Shown here: positions 10,351 through 23,200 of the stretch, in pieces
Layout: each line of letters starts with the position of its first letter
Numbering within the stretch: position 1 is the stretch's first letter
NCBI RefSeq assembly: GCF_964194025.1
Contig: NC_134468.1
Coordinates: 77,438,001-77,502,000, forward strand
Length of the DNA: 64,000 bases
Origin: Convolutriloba macropyga
Lineage: Eukaryota
Direction: 5' to 3'
Notes under the pieces: model-generated
What the model saw: the letters and a program-made list of their open reading frames with translations, nothing else
Told to the model about the DNA's origin: nothing
Database searches by the model: none
Position numbers and translations under genes: made by a program

Positions 10351-11110
10351 TAAAGCAAAAATATTTTCACAATTCAAAAGAAGTGATGCACAGAGAAAAG
10401 ACGGCAACACTGACCACCTATCTGTCATACAGCTTGAAGACATTTACTTGTTTGACTCCTCTTGACGATCAACCGATACTCATATTGAACAGAGCTCAAG
10501 ATCCTATTATTCCAATACAGAACTATTATTCAGTTGATCAACAGAAGCACGAAAATTTTTCAACAACAGATTGGGTGTAGCGCCTCAATTCCTGAACACC
10601 CGCTGTAAACACAGCTGCCAAACGTTACCTTGCAACAAAAACATCTCCAGCTTACTTTGAAAGAAATGCCAGATGACTTGCAATTGTATGTCCTGGAACA
10701 CCCCGAAATTCAAAAAGTCTTCAAACAAACATAGTATAAAGAATTTGACTCATCAACTGTTTGTTTTAAACTAGATAAAAGAAGTCATTTTAAAGGTTTC
10801 AATATGTTTGAATTCTGGTACATGAAACAGTTACCCGTTAATAACAATGAGTAACTTTCTTATTCATTTTTTTGTATCATTCTTGCTCTTTACTTTTTAC
10901 GTTTTAAGCATACAGTTTTCATAAATGCATCAAAGAGACAAAACTGATGCGGATATCAGCAATTTAGTGCTTGATGTACACAACAAGGAGAGATGTACTT
11001 AACAATGATGTACACAACTGAAGTAATATTTTCTGTTCAAGTAAGTATCCTAGTTTTGATTATCATTCTGTGCTTCACTATGTTATTTTTTATCAGAGAA
11101 TTTTAAAAAA

Positions 11111-11330
11111 ATGGACTTGGATTGCATTGTTGACCAGCTTAATTGGTTATATTTTGCTGAACCCAAAACGAAGAACAAAGTGATTCTGACACTTGACAGG
11201 ATATTCATGTCAGTTGTTTGACCAAGAGGTTTCGGCAAAACTGAGCTAAGTTTACGTATGCTACCGGGAAAAATTTTTTACCCACGTTTCCAGAAAATTT
11301 ACTCTTTCTAAATAGAATTCTAGCCGCTCT
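11111..11330 (+). pseudogene. Maverick packaging ATPase (FtsK/HerA-A32 type), N-terminal remnant
   Basis: DRIFMSVV(*)PRGFGKTEL..RML...FYPRFQKI is a Walker A with the first Gly mutated to TGA; the rest appears deleted. Confidence 0.7.
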
Positions 11331-11474
11331 TCTTGCGCAGAAATCGAAAACTTCGTGCGCAAGTTTTTAGACAGAAAAATTGATAAAATTCAAAGAACAA
11401 AATTATTCCAATCACCTAGTGGCTTTATTTTCATTCAAATATTTAACAGCCCTACGCAAATTAATTGGAGAAAA

Positions 11475-12150
11475 ATGAACACTGAAGAGTTTGTACTGAT
11501 TCTTCGTCAAATGTATGCAAAAGAGCAACCGCAAATTTTTCAGCTGCTTTCTAACGAAGACGATGTAGAAAAAGCAAAACAGATTTCACTTTCACAGAGT
11601 ATCAGTTTTCCATTACCACCTTTTGTTGCTCAGCAAGATTTGGTGATGTGGAACAACAAAACAGATATGGAAGTGAACGAAAAAAAAACAAGCGAGGAGA
11701 AAACTGATGCAATTGAAAAAATCAAAGTCAGCGAGCGAATCCTAGGAGAAAGTAAATATTTAAAAGGATCAAAAGGATTTAAAAGGCTATCCACATATTA
11801 GATGAGATACAAAAAATTGAGCTTTTCTCTTTTGACACAAAGAGAAGATTTATAATTGATGAATCAGGCACAGAAATTTTTGCTGTCGACTTTCTCTACT
11901 ATCTACATTAGCCAACCTAGAAACTAACACGCAGTCTTTTCAGAGTACTTGCTGTACTAGACATCAGCAGTCATCTTACTATCATCACGTCTGCAAAACA
12001 GTTTCTTTTACTGTCGCCCGGGGAGATATTTACCGTATTGGAAGATGACGTATCAGAATAAGAGGACGCAACTACAGGAATCCAGGGAGATCAATAACCA
12101 AAAACTGCTGGCAACGATGAGAGCAGCGTTAAGGAAGAAGAATTGAACCC
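11475..12150 (+). pseudogene. Maverick uncharacterised ORF upstream of the integrase
   Basis: MNTEEFVLILRQMYAKEQPQ...; co-oriented between ATPase and integrase, with broken frames downstream. Confidence 0.4.
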
Positions 12151-13100
12151 CTGGTTTGTGGAAAAGTTACTACCCTAGATAAACTACACAAAAGGTAGTG
12201 CATTATTTGGAAGCATAGCAAATTTAAAAAAACAAGCGGTCTGTCTCGAAAAAGAATTTTGCACTACCTCCAATCGAAAAGCCCTGACACAAAACACAAA
12301 CTGTTCAGAAAAAGTTTACCGAGACTCAAAGTTGTTTCAGACAGAATAAACGAAATCTGGTCTGATGATTTTTGTACATGGATAGAGTGCAAGGTTTTCA
12401 AACTTTATAACCTTGCAAGGTATTCAAATTATAACAAGGTGTTCAAATTTTTTGCTGGTTGCTATTTGATGTTGTATCACTCTACTCGCACGTTCAACCA
12501 ATGAAAAGAATGTATGCAGCCAATTGCGTTGAAGCGTTCAAAACGATAATAAAATCTGAACAACCAGAAAAAGCTTGGACTGTCAAAGTGCTCAAAGGAG
12601 CCTTAAAAAAATTTGCGATAAAAAGCATTCATTTATTTACAAATTGAAAGCAAAACCGAGTCAGCCTTTGCTGTAAGGAATATTAGATCGCTCAAAAACC
12701 TAAATTACAAAATCTTGGGGAAAACTGGACGTGGACTTATTTTGATGATTTGCAGAAATTTGTAAATACAACAAACAGCCGTGTAAACCATGTTACCAAA
12801 TTAGCGCCTAATAAAATTTTCAAAACACTTGAGCCAATTTTATTTTTGTTAGCCCTGATCAACACAAAGTCTTACAAAGCCAATTTTGAGGAAGGTGACT
12901 TATTACGTATTGCGAAACCAGTCGAAATTTTCAGTAATGGTTACACACAAAACTATAACAAAGAAGTGTTTAAAGTGTTCAGAACTGCCACAATGAGTCC
13001 ACCAATTTAAAATTTTTTGGATGCATACAGCGAAAAAATTGACGGAAAGTTTTACGAACCCAAGCAAGTCAAAGTAAATGTGTTGGTAACTAAAGACTGA
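12150..13100 (+). pseudogene. Maverick retroviral-type (rve) integrase
   Basis: YTKG.A.FGSI.NL...SGLSR; RLKV....INEIWSDD; QPEK.W; SAFA.RNIRSLK; TNSRVN.VTKLAPN; F.EGDL.RIAKP...F..GY.QNY.KEVF; IDGKFYEP. Confidence 0.85.
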
Positions 13101-13109
13101 AGAAGAAAA

Positions 13110-13909
13110 ATGATTACTGGAACAGAATTTAGAGTAGACTTAATATCCACCGCATCAATTGTTACTTTTGCTGAAAACACAATAGCAAAATTAAGTAACC
13201 AGTTTGCTTAACCATTTATGTTGGAAGGAGAATGGCAAGTAGCGTTAGCTTCAATATCCTTCCCATCAAACATCAACAACTTAAATTGAAACTGGATAGT
13301 CGTTTATGTACATTCAGACTCCGAAGTTGATGCCTCACATCAGCGTAGCGGACACCTTAGAAACATTTGCAAAGGCATTTACAATAGCTTGGATCAGCTC
13401 ATAAAGGATATTGTGCCTATAGCTCCTTTGAAGCAACTTCATTTTAATGTTGACAAAATTACTCATAAACTTGTTTTACAGTGTGGGACGAATGAATTCT
13501 TATCATTTGAAAAAGAAGAAGTTCCCAGTATTCTCGTGATGGTTACATCCTGTTTGGATACTAATCAAACAAAGTTCTCAATGGACACCAAAGCGATTTC
13601 CAAGTTGACATTATTTGTGGCTCCCAAATAAATTTTTTTCACATAGGCATCATAGAATATCAGATTATTGGTGATATGAGAGCCCCAGTTGTTAAAATTA
13701 TTAAAAGCGAAAGTCGTTTGAGAATTGGCATCAAAAACATTGTTACAACCATCCATCACAAGACATTTACAATTCTGGATTACAAGCCCATTTCTTTTAA
13801 AACTATTCAAAATATTAAAGTGGTGCTGAGAAACGAGGCCGGAAAACTCGTTCCAATAACGGATACAGGTAGAGTAGTAGTGAGCTTGAAAGTTCAAACA
13901 ACCGAGTGA
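13110..13909 (+). pseudogene. Maverick minor capsid (penton-like) protein
   Basis: EFRVDLISTAS..TFAENTIAK..NQ...PF.LEGEWQVALASISFPSNI...; IIEYQIIGDMRAPVVKII; YKPI...TIQNIKV.LRNEAGKLVP..DTGRVVVSL. Confidence 0.75.
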
Positions 13910-13910
13910 A

Positions 13911-14345
13911 ATGGGAGCTTACTACAGTAACCAAGCATCTCAATCAATTCCACTTTTTTTCGGTCATTATTGTCAACAAGGAAGTGGTTTTGGAGCCCTC
14001 GCCACAGGTATTGGAAGAGTTCTTGTACCATTGGCAAGAAAATTTTTATGGCTCGCCGCGAATTGACTCGGTCGAAAACGTTTAGTGCAGGGCGCATCTG
14101 AGTTAGTAGAAGTAGCAACGAATAAAACGTCGGTCAAGCAATTGTTGAAAAGCAGAGTAGCGAAAACAGCGCACAAACAAAATGGTGGTTTGCTGCAATC
14201 ACACATAAGAAGAGGTCGGCAAACTATTAGACGTCGGAGATAACAGTTTGCTAAACCTCGAAGCTAAAAAAACGTTTTCTTTGAAAAATCAGTTCTCAAA
14301 AACCACAGCCAAGAAGGAGTTGGCTGAATTTTTTTCTTGAGAGTG
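13911..14345 (+). pseudogene. Maverick small basic/core-type protein between penton and hexon
   Basis: HFFGHY.QQGSGFGALATGIGRV motif followed by a basic region; typical position before the major capsid gene. Confidence 0.55.
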
Positions 14346-14349
14346 AAAA

Positions 14350-15590
14350 ACGGCGAACTAATATTGTACTACGCTCAGAAGCCAATCACAGCTTCTTGCA
14401 TTTAATTGAAAAACCACCTTTGCTAGTTACCTTTGATCAATCATTCGAGCAAAAAACTGGACCACTTTATTTTCCCCCTAGATCAACGCTCGAATTTGAA
14501 GTTGGAGGCAATCCCAACATAGATTTGCAAAAAATTTATTTGGAAGTAAAATGTCAAAAACGAAGAGCTGATAGAACTGATTTGCGATATACCGCCAGTG
14601 ATGCAACCGCAACCGATGCCGCATGTTTTTTCAACAATGTTTACATTCATTGTTCGCCGACTGCACTGTTTTTGCAAATGAAATAAAAAAGTCCTCGGCT
14701 AATGGACTCTCCGCTCATAAAAATTTCATTGAAACAAAACTTTCACATAGATCTGATGCAAAAAAAACCTGATTAAAATGTCATGGTTACAAGTATGATC
14801 CCCGCTGGTATTTTGTGCAGCCTTATGAGATGCAAGGAAGGTAGCTGTGAGATTATCTAAACAAATTAATTTATATGGAAAGCTCGCTTTTGGTTTCTTT
14901 TCTTGTAAAAAACATCTAGAAAGTGATGTTAACCTGTAACTTTTTTTCCGGAGTTCGCAAGAAGATTTTGTTACCATTACTGAGACAGCGGCAAAAAATT
15001 GCAAAATTAAAAATGGTGAAGCCAACTTATTTGTTGGACAGATGACAGCGCCAGACAATGTTGTTGGACCCATCGAAAGACCACTCCTGAAAACTCCGGC
15101 AATGTATTGCCACAAACATTCCTCGCAACAGAAGGCCAAAGCATTTGGAAACATAAAAATAATTTCACAAAGGAACGAAAAAGGAGACTGATTGTTACAT
15201 ATTCTAGCAATGCATTCATTGGAACTAACAATAGAAATCCCTACCACTACCTAAAGTTCGATTTGCGTGAAATAACGGTGTCTCAAAACGGGTTTGCTAC
15301 AACGTGAACAACAATTTTAACAAATAATAACAAACGCCTGTATTATAATTCAATGAGTGCCTCAGCTTATGTTGAAAACGGTCATGGAATACCCCTAAAT
15401 GGTTTTGCGCATCACTTTATAATGGTGTTTGACTTAAATAATACACTTTTAATCATCCCGAACTAACAAACTCACCATTATCGGTTGAACTAAAAATTGA
15501 TACTGATTTGCCAAACAACATTGAATTTTTCTGCTGGGAGAAAAATCATCTACTGCTTCTACTGTTTACATTGACACTGCAAAAAATGGA
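14350..15590 (+). pseudogene. Maverick major capsid (double jelly-roll hexon-like) protein
   Basis: KPPLLVTFDQSFEQKTGPLY....TLEFEV.G....IDLQKIYLEVKC; SANGL.AHK.FIET; AFIGTN.RNPYHY.KFDLREITV..NG; HHF.MVFDL; PELTNS..SVEL. Confidence 0.8.
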
Positions 15591-15937
15591 TGAAGAACAA
15601 AGTTATATTCAAATTCAAAATTGCAAAAATCTGAAATTTAGATTCCGAGGTGTTTATGCAGCTGACAATTATCCCTAATACTTACCAGTTAACAATTTTA
15701 TAACTGTGAATATGTCGCGAGCTGAATCTCTGGTTCACATTGGGTGATGCTTGCAAAACGCTACGCATACCCAGTGTATACTTTGCAGATTCGTTAGCAC
15801 TACCTATGACTGCCTATAAAGACGTTTTCTCCCGCTTACAGCATTATACTGATTTACGTATGATGATGGATGTTATGGAGCACACCAGAGATATACAGTC
15901 TCACCTGCAATCAGCAGACTCGCAACTGTGTGGTATA
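15586..15937 (+). pseudogene. Maverick adenain-type cysteine protease
   Basis: KFRFRGVYAADNYP...FITVN.S.....SHWVML....YFADSL.LP and Q...SQLCG (catalytic His, Asp, Gln and Cys positions); truncated just after CG. Confidence 0.8.
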
Positions 15938-18900
15938 ACCCAAAAATCGCTCAAAATTCGAAAAATTTCGATCTCAAATCCTAGTTATTTTGATATATCT
16001 CAAGAAATACTCGTCCAAACCTGGATTAACCTATTGTTCTGAAAAGCGCTTATCCATTAAAAGCGATTCCAGCTAAAATTGACCCCTCTCGACCCGTTCT
16101 ACGTACCAAAAACTTAGCTCAAAGTTGACCCTTCCAAAAATTCTATGTTCACCTCAGAAAAACAGTCACAAAATTGTGAAAAAAGCACTGATCATTCCAA
16201 ATTTTTGCGCTGCAGCATTTTTCAAGCCGACGAACCGACATGCAAATTCTAAAGCGATTTGGAGAACTTTAAAAATCGAGTGACGCTGGAGCCCTCAATT
16301 TTTGACACTTTTCGAATCCACTCAAATTCAATGATAACTCCCACAAAAACCCCCAATTGACCCATTTTATAGACCTAGACCATCCTACTGCTCCCACTTG
16401 ACATCTCAGTACCCAAAAATCCCGTCAAAAATTAATAAAAGTTGAGTTATGACAAAAATATCGAACCCTACCAAAGTGCGTTAAAATTGACTAAAATGTA
16501 GTGTAAATTATATCCAAAAAATATGCCAAAAACTGTCCCAAATGCCTCCAGCAGCTACTCCCAGCTGCCAACTACATGGTACAAACTCAAACAACCATAA
16601 AAATCCCATATTTTTAACTATATGTTGAAAAATGATGAGAAAACGGAAATTGCGCTTCTGCTTCAATCCTCTGCTTCAAAAATTTTGTCATTTTATTCTC
16701 CACCTGACCCGATTAAAGCAACCTATACCCCCTAAAACCCTAGTGCACCCCCCCCCCCCCCCACTAGCCTTGTAGTACCATAAAAACTAGTCCTAGCTCA
16801 TCCCAGTATCAACCATGAAGACTTAAACCCAAATAAGCTCTGAAATTGCCACAATTTTGTCAGAAAAAATTCAGTTATTTCCCACTAGAGTCAAAATTAT
16901 TAACTTCTGACAGCTATTAACCATACCATCAGCACCTTCGCATATATATCTCTCAGAATATGCACTCCCAGCCCCTAGTGTCAATATAAGCTGAGAAAAG
17001 ACTGCCAAAATAACGAAAATCACAAAAATTTAAGTGTAATTTCCAGCAAAAGTGATCCAGAATGCATCTTAATACCTGAATATGCCCGATTGTTATTTCA
17101 GTTAGCCCTACTCATGAACAGTCCAACCATAGCAATATCAATCATTCTGAACAAGTTTTTCATAGCCTCATAGCCAATAACCTATCTCCTATCTGAGCCT
17201 TTTCAAAAAACCCAGGTTCACTGCAGCGAAAACGTTATAAATCGTGAAAAGATAGCTGAAACCGCCAAACGCGCTGCAGGGTTTTTTGAGCCGATAAAGC
17301 GATTCATTAATTTTGAGCTGGATCGAAGCATTTTAAAAATTGAGTGACGCTGGGCCCCTCAATTTTGGAGACTTTTTGAAAATTTACGAACGAGTTCATA
17401 AAATCCGAAAAATTGATCAAAAACCCAATATTATTAGCTTAAAACATCCGCATGCTCAAGGTCTGCACGCCCATACTAAAAAAATTGAAACTTGTTAAAC
17501 AAAATGTTGGAATAATAGAAAAAAAACGAAGCCTACCAGACTCTTCTCAAATTCGCCAAAATAGAGCCAGATTTAGACCATAAAAATAGTATCAAATAGC
17601 CAAATTATGAGCCCATATCCAATATTCAGTCTCCCTAGTAGTTGTCTAAACCTAATAAACCCATACAATTGCATAGAAATTCATAAATGTTGAAGAAAGT
17701 AAAAAAAATCGAAAATTGCACATATCTGATCAAATTTAGCCCAAAATTCTAAAGTGAAAAACTCCACATAACAAAGTCAAATCATGCACCAAACTGCACC
17801 AACAGCTGCTACCAACATAGTACTCACTATTATGATCCACAATCACTGTCAAAAATCAATTATCGACAATCTATGTCAACTTATGCACAAAACATGACGC
17901 TTCACAAATACAAACCTCGTAAATTTCACAGAAAAACCGGCACAAAACACAAGTTATTCAGCTTCAGAGCTACCAAAATGCTACCCCTGGTATATCAGTA
18001 CTAACAGTTAGCACCTGATTTAGGCCACTAGAGAATTACCAGACCGACACATGTCTCGCAGAAGCTCAATTAGTGGAAAAATCACGCCTAAAAATTAGCA
18101 TTTTGGACGTAAAAATCAATGTTCTGACCCGATAAATAGCTTCAAACCCTATAATTCAGTAATATACATTAGTACCAAGCACAGACAGTACCATTTTTAC
18201 CATTCAATACCGATAATGTATGGACAGTGACGACTTATTCAGACCGAAATTTCATGATCCAAAAATAGCCAGGTTAAGATCACAAAAACAGTCATAACTT
18301 TGCGAAAAATGCTCAAATTGCGCCAAATTTTTGCTTTGCGCTGCAGCGTTTTTTGAGACCCTGAAGCAACTTACCAATTTTGAGACCGATTGGAGCAATT
18401 TAAAAATTGAGTGACGCTGGAGCCCTCAATTTTTCGCATTTTTCGGTTTTTCATACATTATTAAAAAAGTTGAACAAAAAGTGCCCAAAAACCTGAATTT
18501 ATAGCATAGTTATTCCCCATCGATGTCTACTGAGTGGGCTAAGCCAAAAAATTTGCCCAAAATTTAATAAAAATCGAAAAATTCACATATATGCAATACC
18601 AGCCCTGATGAGGAAAAATGGCCAAAATTACGAAAAAATTACATGTAAAAACTAGTACCAAATACTCTTCTAAACCAGTTCAAATTACACACAAGCGCTG
18701 CTAACAACCGGGAAAAGTATCTAGAACCATTAGAACCAGTCTATAATCAATAATTCACAAGTAAATTAAAGTTAATGCCCGAAAATAAAAAAAGGCGTTA
18801 TTTCACCAAAATTTCACCTTCACAAATATGTCATTATAAAGTCACACACCGACATTAAAATGTTACCACATGCTCACACACACTACAGCTTCTATTTCCA

Positions 18901-18950
18901 ACAGTAAAAACCAACTATCAAAGCTACAATTGCCAAATAACAAGTAAAAA
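15938..18950. repeat. Diverged tandem array, ~1.07-kb unit x ~3, strongly A/C-skewed
   Basis: Conserved block GCGCTGCAG...AAAAATYGAGTGACGCTGG.GCCCTCAATTTT at ~16208-16302, ~17271-17366 and ~18338-18434 (spacing ~1065 bp). Confidence 0.75.
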
Positions 18951-19004
18951 CTCACCTATAGATGAAACTAAACTACATGATGAATACAATTGCACCGACA
19001 CTAG

Positions 19005-19751
19005 TCATTTCTCATTGGCGCTATCCTCAGCTACGGTACCACCACCACTAGTACTCTGACCGGACGGACCATTTGTCCTAGTAGAACGAGTCATGTACCG
19101 CTCAGCACCATCCAAACTGAATAAATGCTATCAAAATGAATAAACTGCCTCAAAATTGCACTAAAATTCGTTTAATTTGGCACAACAACATTTAAAATAC
19201 TCATTGCTATAATGACCGCTAAAAGTTAACAACACATGACGTGAAACACACTTTATCACTCTGAACACACACTTACACTCTTCACTAACATTCACTTATT
19301 CACTATGCCTCTCTCATTCTTCTTTTTAACCCCTACTTATACTCTCAATTCCCCCCACAAAACAAGCTTTGATATATACTAATTACTACCAAATTACTAG
19401 CACCATGTGAGAAGTATATTAGTAGCACCAGTCAATATTACACCTACAACTACAATATTAAAGTCAGTTTCAATAGTCCTTACACAGTTATATTAATATT
19501 AATATTACACAATATTACAGCTATTAATATAGTTAAATAAAATAAAAATAAATAATAAGTCACACTGAATCTTCCCCGACAGCCTCCTCTGATCTTTTCA
19601 CTTCCCTCCTCCTCCTCCTTCGATTTGCCCACACTCCCAACAACCCAGATACTAATGATAATAATAAGAAGAATACTAATATAATAATAATCCACCACTC
19701 AGTACCACCACCACTCCCACTGTCAATAACTATATTATCTACTGCTGTCAT
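19005..19751 (-). CDS. Predicted two-exon small single-pass membrane protein (99 aa; exons 19751-19564 and 19116-19005); may be the 3' part of a longer gene
   Basis: Exon 1 MTAVDNIVIDSGSGGGTEWWIIIILVFFLLLSLVSGLLGVWANRRRRRREVKRSEEAVGEDS. Donor GTGACT and acceptor TTTATTCAG join in frame to VLDGAERYMTRSTRTNGPSGQSTSGGGTVAEDSANEK*. Confidence 0.55.
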
Positions 19752-20265
19752 ATTAAACTTCGGATGGATCAATCTTGACCAGTGAATAGCTTTCCTTCCG
19801 ACAAACCTGGTCGTCGAAACCTTCCGACAAACAACATCCAATAATTAAGGCAGAAACAGTGATATTAAAACACATGGTGCAATATTGTGGGCAAAATAAT
19901 CTGAAAAACTCGAAAAAACATGTAAAGACTGCATAATTCGACCCCCCCAACCATTAACCCCTTCATCACACACCCAACATTCAACCAAATAACCACACTT
20001 CAACATGTTTAAACCTCATATTTAGTAGTAATATCAATAAATACACACATCAACACACATGACCCAAAAGTACAGTACACCTGAAATAAATAAACATCAC
20101 ATAAACAAGTGCCATATTGAGAAAGCTAGAACTAAAAGCCCGAGTAACGTACATAAATGAACAAATAAACACCGGAAGACCAAATAGAAACCAGTTGAAC
20201 ATCCAGAAGAGCCACATCAATAGAAGATTGTCCTGAAACATAGTTGTTATTATTGAAATACGGAA

Positions 20266-22651
20266 ATGTTATTTACAATTGTGTTAAATCTCGTACTTTT
20301 CGGCCCCACTTTTGAGACTCCGATTAACACGGAAGCAGCTCTGGCTCAAGGAATAATCTTCCATAGGGAAGGGAAGATATTAATCACTGAGAAGTCCATT
20401 AATGCGGAATTTTTAGTCCCGTTTCCTCGTTATAATTTCACGATACGACAACAAGTAGAGACTCTACTTAACGAACTCTCACAGAATTGGATAACAAAGT
20501 CAGAGTTTTGTAATATGACGTCCAGTACCACGTATCAGAATCAGACACAGGCCTTCAATGTTGACTGGCTTTACACGAAGATCCTCAATGAAACAATCGA
20601 AGCTGAAATTGAAGTCCTCAAACTACGCAACGAGACCAAAAAACTCCTCACCAGAGTTGATGAAGATCCTCACAACCGACATAAAAGAGCCGCCCCGCTT
20701 GCTACAGCAGCCGCAGTTGCTGGAATTGGACTTTTTGGTCCAGGAATAGCTATGAGCAGCGGAGGATGCGGTGGAATAACAGGAATTTTCGGATCATGTC
20801 AGCGCACGTCTCAAAACGCTGAAAACATCGATCGATTAGCTAATAGCTTTAATAGCCTCAACGACTATGTCATGGAAATCGATGCACAAACCGATGAGAA
20901 ACTTTTCCTAGTTGCTGACGAACTTGCAAAAGTTTATAAAGTTCAAAACGAAATGCAAGAAAACCAAAACAGAAACTGGAAACTAGTTGAGGAACAATTT
21001 GCAATAGACGACCACAATCTGGATGCACTAGCCACCTGTATGGAAATTCAATTATCACAGCAACAATTGAACGTTAACTTTGACACAGCAGTATCATTAC
21101 TTCTTACTCTTTATGCAGATATCAAAAGTTACAGAGCAGCTTTATATTCTTTTCGAATTAATGTTATCAATGCTATACCTACTTTACTTGATAAACGTCT
21201 TCCAATCTCATTAGTACCGCAAAAATCTTTGATAAAAATCCTGGATGCAGTCCACGATAGCCAAAAGAACGCCCCAGATCGTCTAACTTTGGCAATACCC
21301 ATGACTGACATACTTTCGTACTACGATGCGAAATTAGTACAAGAGATTTCAACAGTTGAAGACGGACTTTTACTGACATTAGCCATTCCCCTAGCCTCTA
21401 GCCAGACAGTGTTTGAAATTTATCGTGAAATTGTAATCCCTATGCCTCAGAAGGACTCTGTAGATGCCTTACGATACGTGATAGAGGAGAGTATTTAGCA
21501 ATCTCAGAAGGACAGGTGGAAACTGCAGTACTGACGAAAGCTCAGTATGACAACTGTCTTGGATCGCCACGATACCGAATCTGTCATGAGACAATAAAAA
21601 CCCACCTTGGATTCTTTTCGTGTCTAGCAACCCTCAAGTTTCACCACTCAATCTCAGCATTGAAAGTATGTGACACAGAGAAGGTTGTGTTACCCAACCC
21701 AGAACGAGCAGAGAACCTTGGATACGGAATATGGCTACTAACATCAGCTTCAAGTGATTTTACCCTTAGTGAGATTGGTACGGACGAGAATGGCCTACAG
21801 ACCAACATTCCTCATAAAGGTTGTAACATCTGTTTAATCACAGTAAAATGTGGATATAATGTTCCACATTATATCCACATTAAAATGTATGACCACATTA
21901 AAATCTGAGCTGATTTACAAAGCTGTCAGTACCTTCCAGCAACGAGAATTAATGTAAAATTACCAGATCCACTTGCACATTTAATTGACTCAGTACTCAA
22001 CATCAACGAATTTCCGAAGTATGAATCAAGCACTGAAGCAAATCTAGATTTATTAAAGAAAGTTAAAACAGAATTTATTTACACGAATCGAAAGTTATCA
22101 ACAGAATCACTAGATGCCATAGCAAAACCAATTACTACTGAAATGAAGTCATTTAAGCCAGCATTAATCGACAAACTTGAATCCTACGTTACAATCAAAC
22201 TTTTCTCTCGCTAACAATCATTGTCTTTATCGGAAATCTAGCCCTACATATTCTCTTCATGGTCTTATACCATAAAGCAGCCTTTGTACGACGAATGGTA
22301 CCAAATATCATGAAGCTTAACGGAACCAATGTACCGCTTAACCCAGTAGTTTCCGTACCCAAACATCTGAAAGCAGATGTAGTCACAACTCTAGCCAAAC
22401 AACTAAAGCAACCGCCAACAGTCATCTCTCCAGAAGAACTTGGAACCCTCAAACGACAACGACGAAATTCCATGCCTGCAACTTCTACCATATCAACACC
22501 ATGCACCAATTTAACACAGACGATGAACTGGACAACCAAGCTCAATCCCGAAAGGAGAGTATGCTTTAAGCTCTTGAAAGTCTTATATAAGTTCGACAAA
22601 TTTTATTCTTATAACAAATTAAGTACCCCTTCACTCAATAAGCTTAACTAA
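20266..22651 (+). pseudogene. env: Retroelement envelope / class-I viral fusion glycoprotein (F-like), disrupted
   Basis: Signal peptide; furin site RHKR (20677-20688) followed by hydrophobic AAPLATAAAVAGIGLFGPGIAM; heptad-rich helix; Cys-rich region; TM segment ~22200-22270. Frameshifts at ~21490 and ~22195, TGA at 21906. Confidence 0.85.
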
Positions 22652-23146
22652 TCAGTGCTTTATACACTCGAAATAACTGTTCACTTCCAGAAATTAACCA
22701 GTGCTTTAAACTAGTCATTCAACCAGAATCCTTCTCCTACTCCTTCTCAAAGTTTAGAGCCATTATTTAACGAAATAACCGTAATTATTTTCAGTGCTAA
22801 CTCAATGTCTTCTCTTAATGTTAACTTTAAACTTATGTCTTCACTCTTTACTCTGAGATTAGCGCACTTTCACATTCTAAATGTTCCTTCAAAGCTCTTA
22901 ATCTTGTCTTAACTTTCCTCACTTTAACCTTTATCCCATTTGTCTTAACTTAAACTTTATTTCTCTTAACTTCTTTAATTGTCTTAAACTTAGATGCTTT
23001 CGTTCCAAAACTCTTTTCTAAGAAAACATAAATTGGGTGGCTCCAACAAAAATATGTTTATATCCTCATACTCGTGCAGATTATATGTTTTATAGAAAAA
23101 TTGTAAAACCCAGTTCTTTCCCAAAATTTTCATGGAAAATTTTTAT

Positions 23147-23200
23147 AAAGTCCGGTAGTGTCACGCCCCTATTTCGTCCCTCATAGTTACGTGATGATAT
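23147..23200 (+). mobile_element. Putative PPT-like tract and start of a 3' LTR (TGTCACG at 23159) of the env-bearing element
   Basis: TAAAGTCCGGTAG|TGTCACG follows a long pyrimidine-rich 3' UTR; LTR end not identified. Confidence 0.4.

Larger units (their letters stand above)
8600..15937 (+). mobile_element. Decayed Maverick/Polinton (adintovirus-like) element; boundaries approximate
   Basis: Co-oriented remnants of packaging ATPase, retroviral-type integrase, minor capsid, small basic protein, major capsid and adenain-type cysteine protease. No TIRs or pPolB recognised. Confidence 0.85.
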
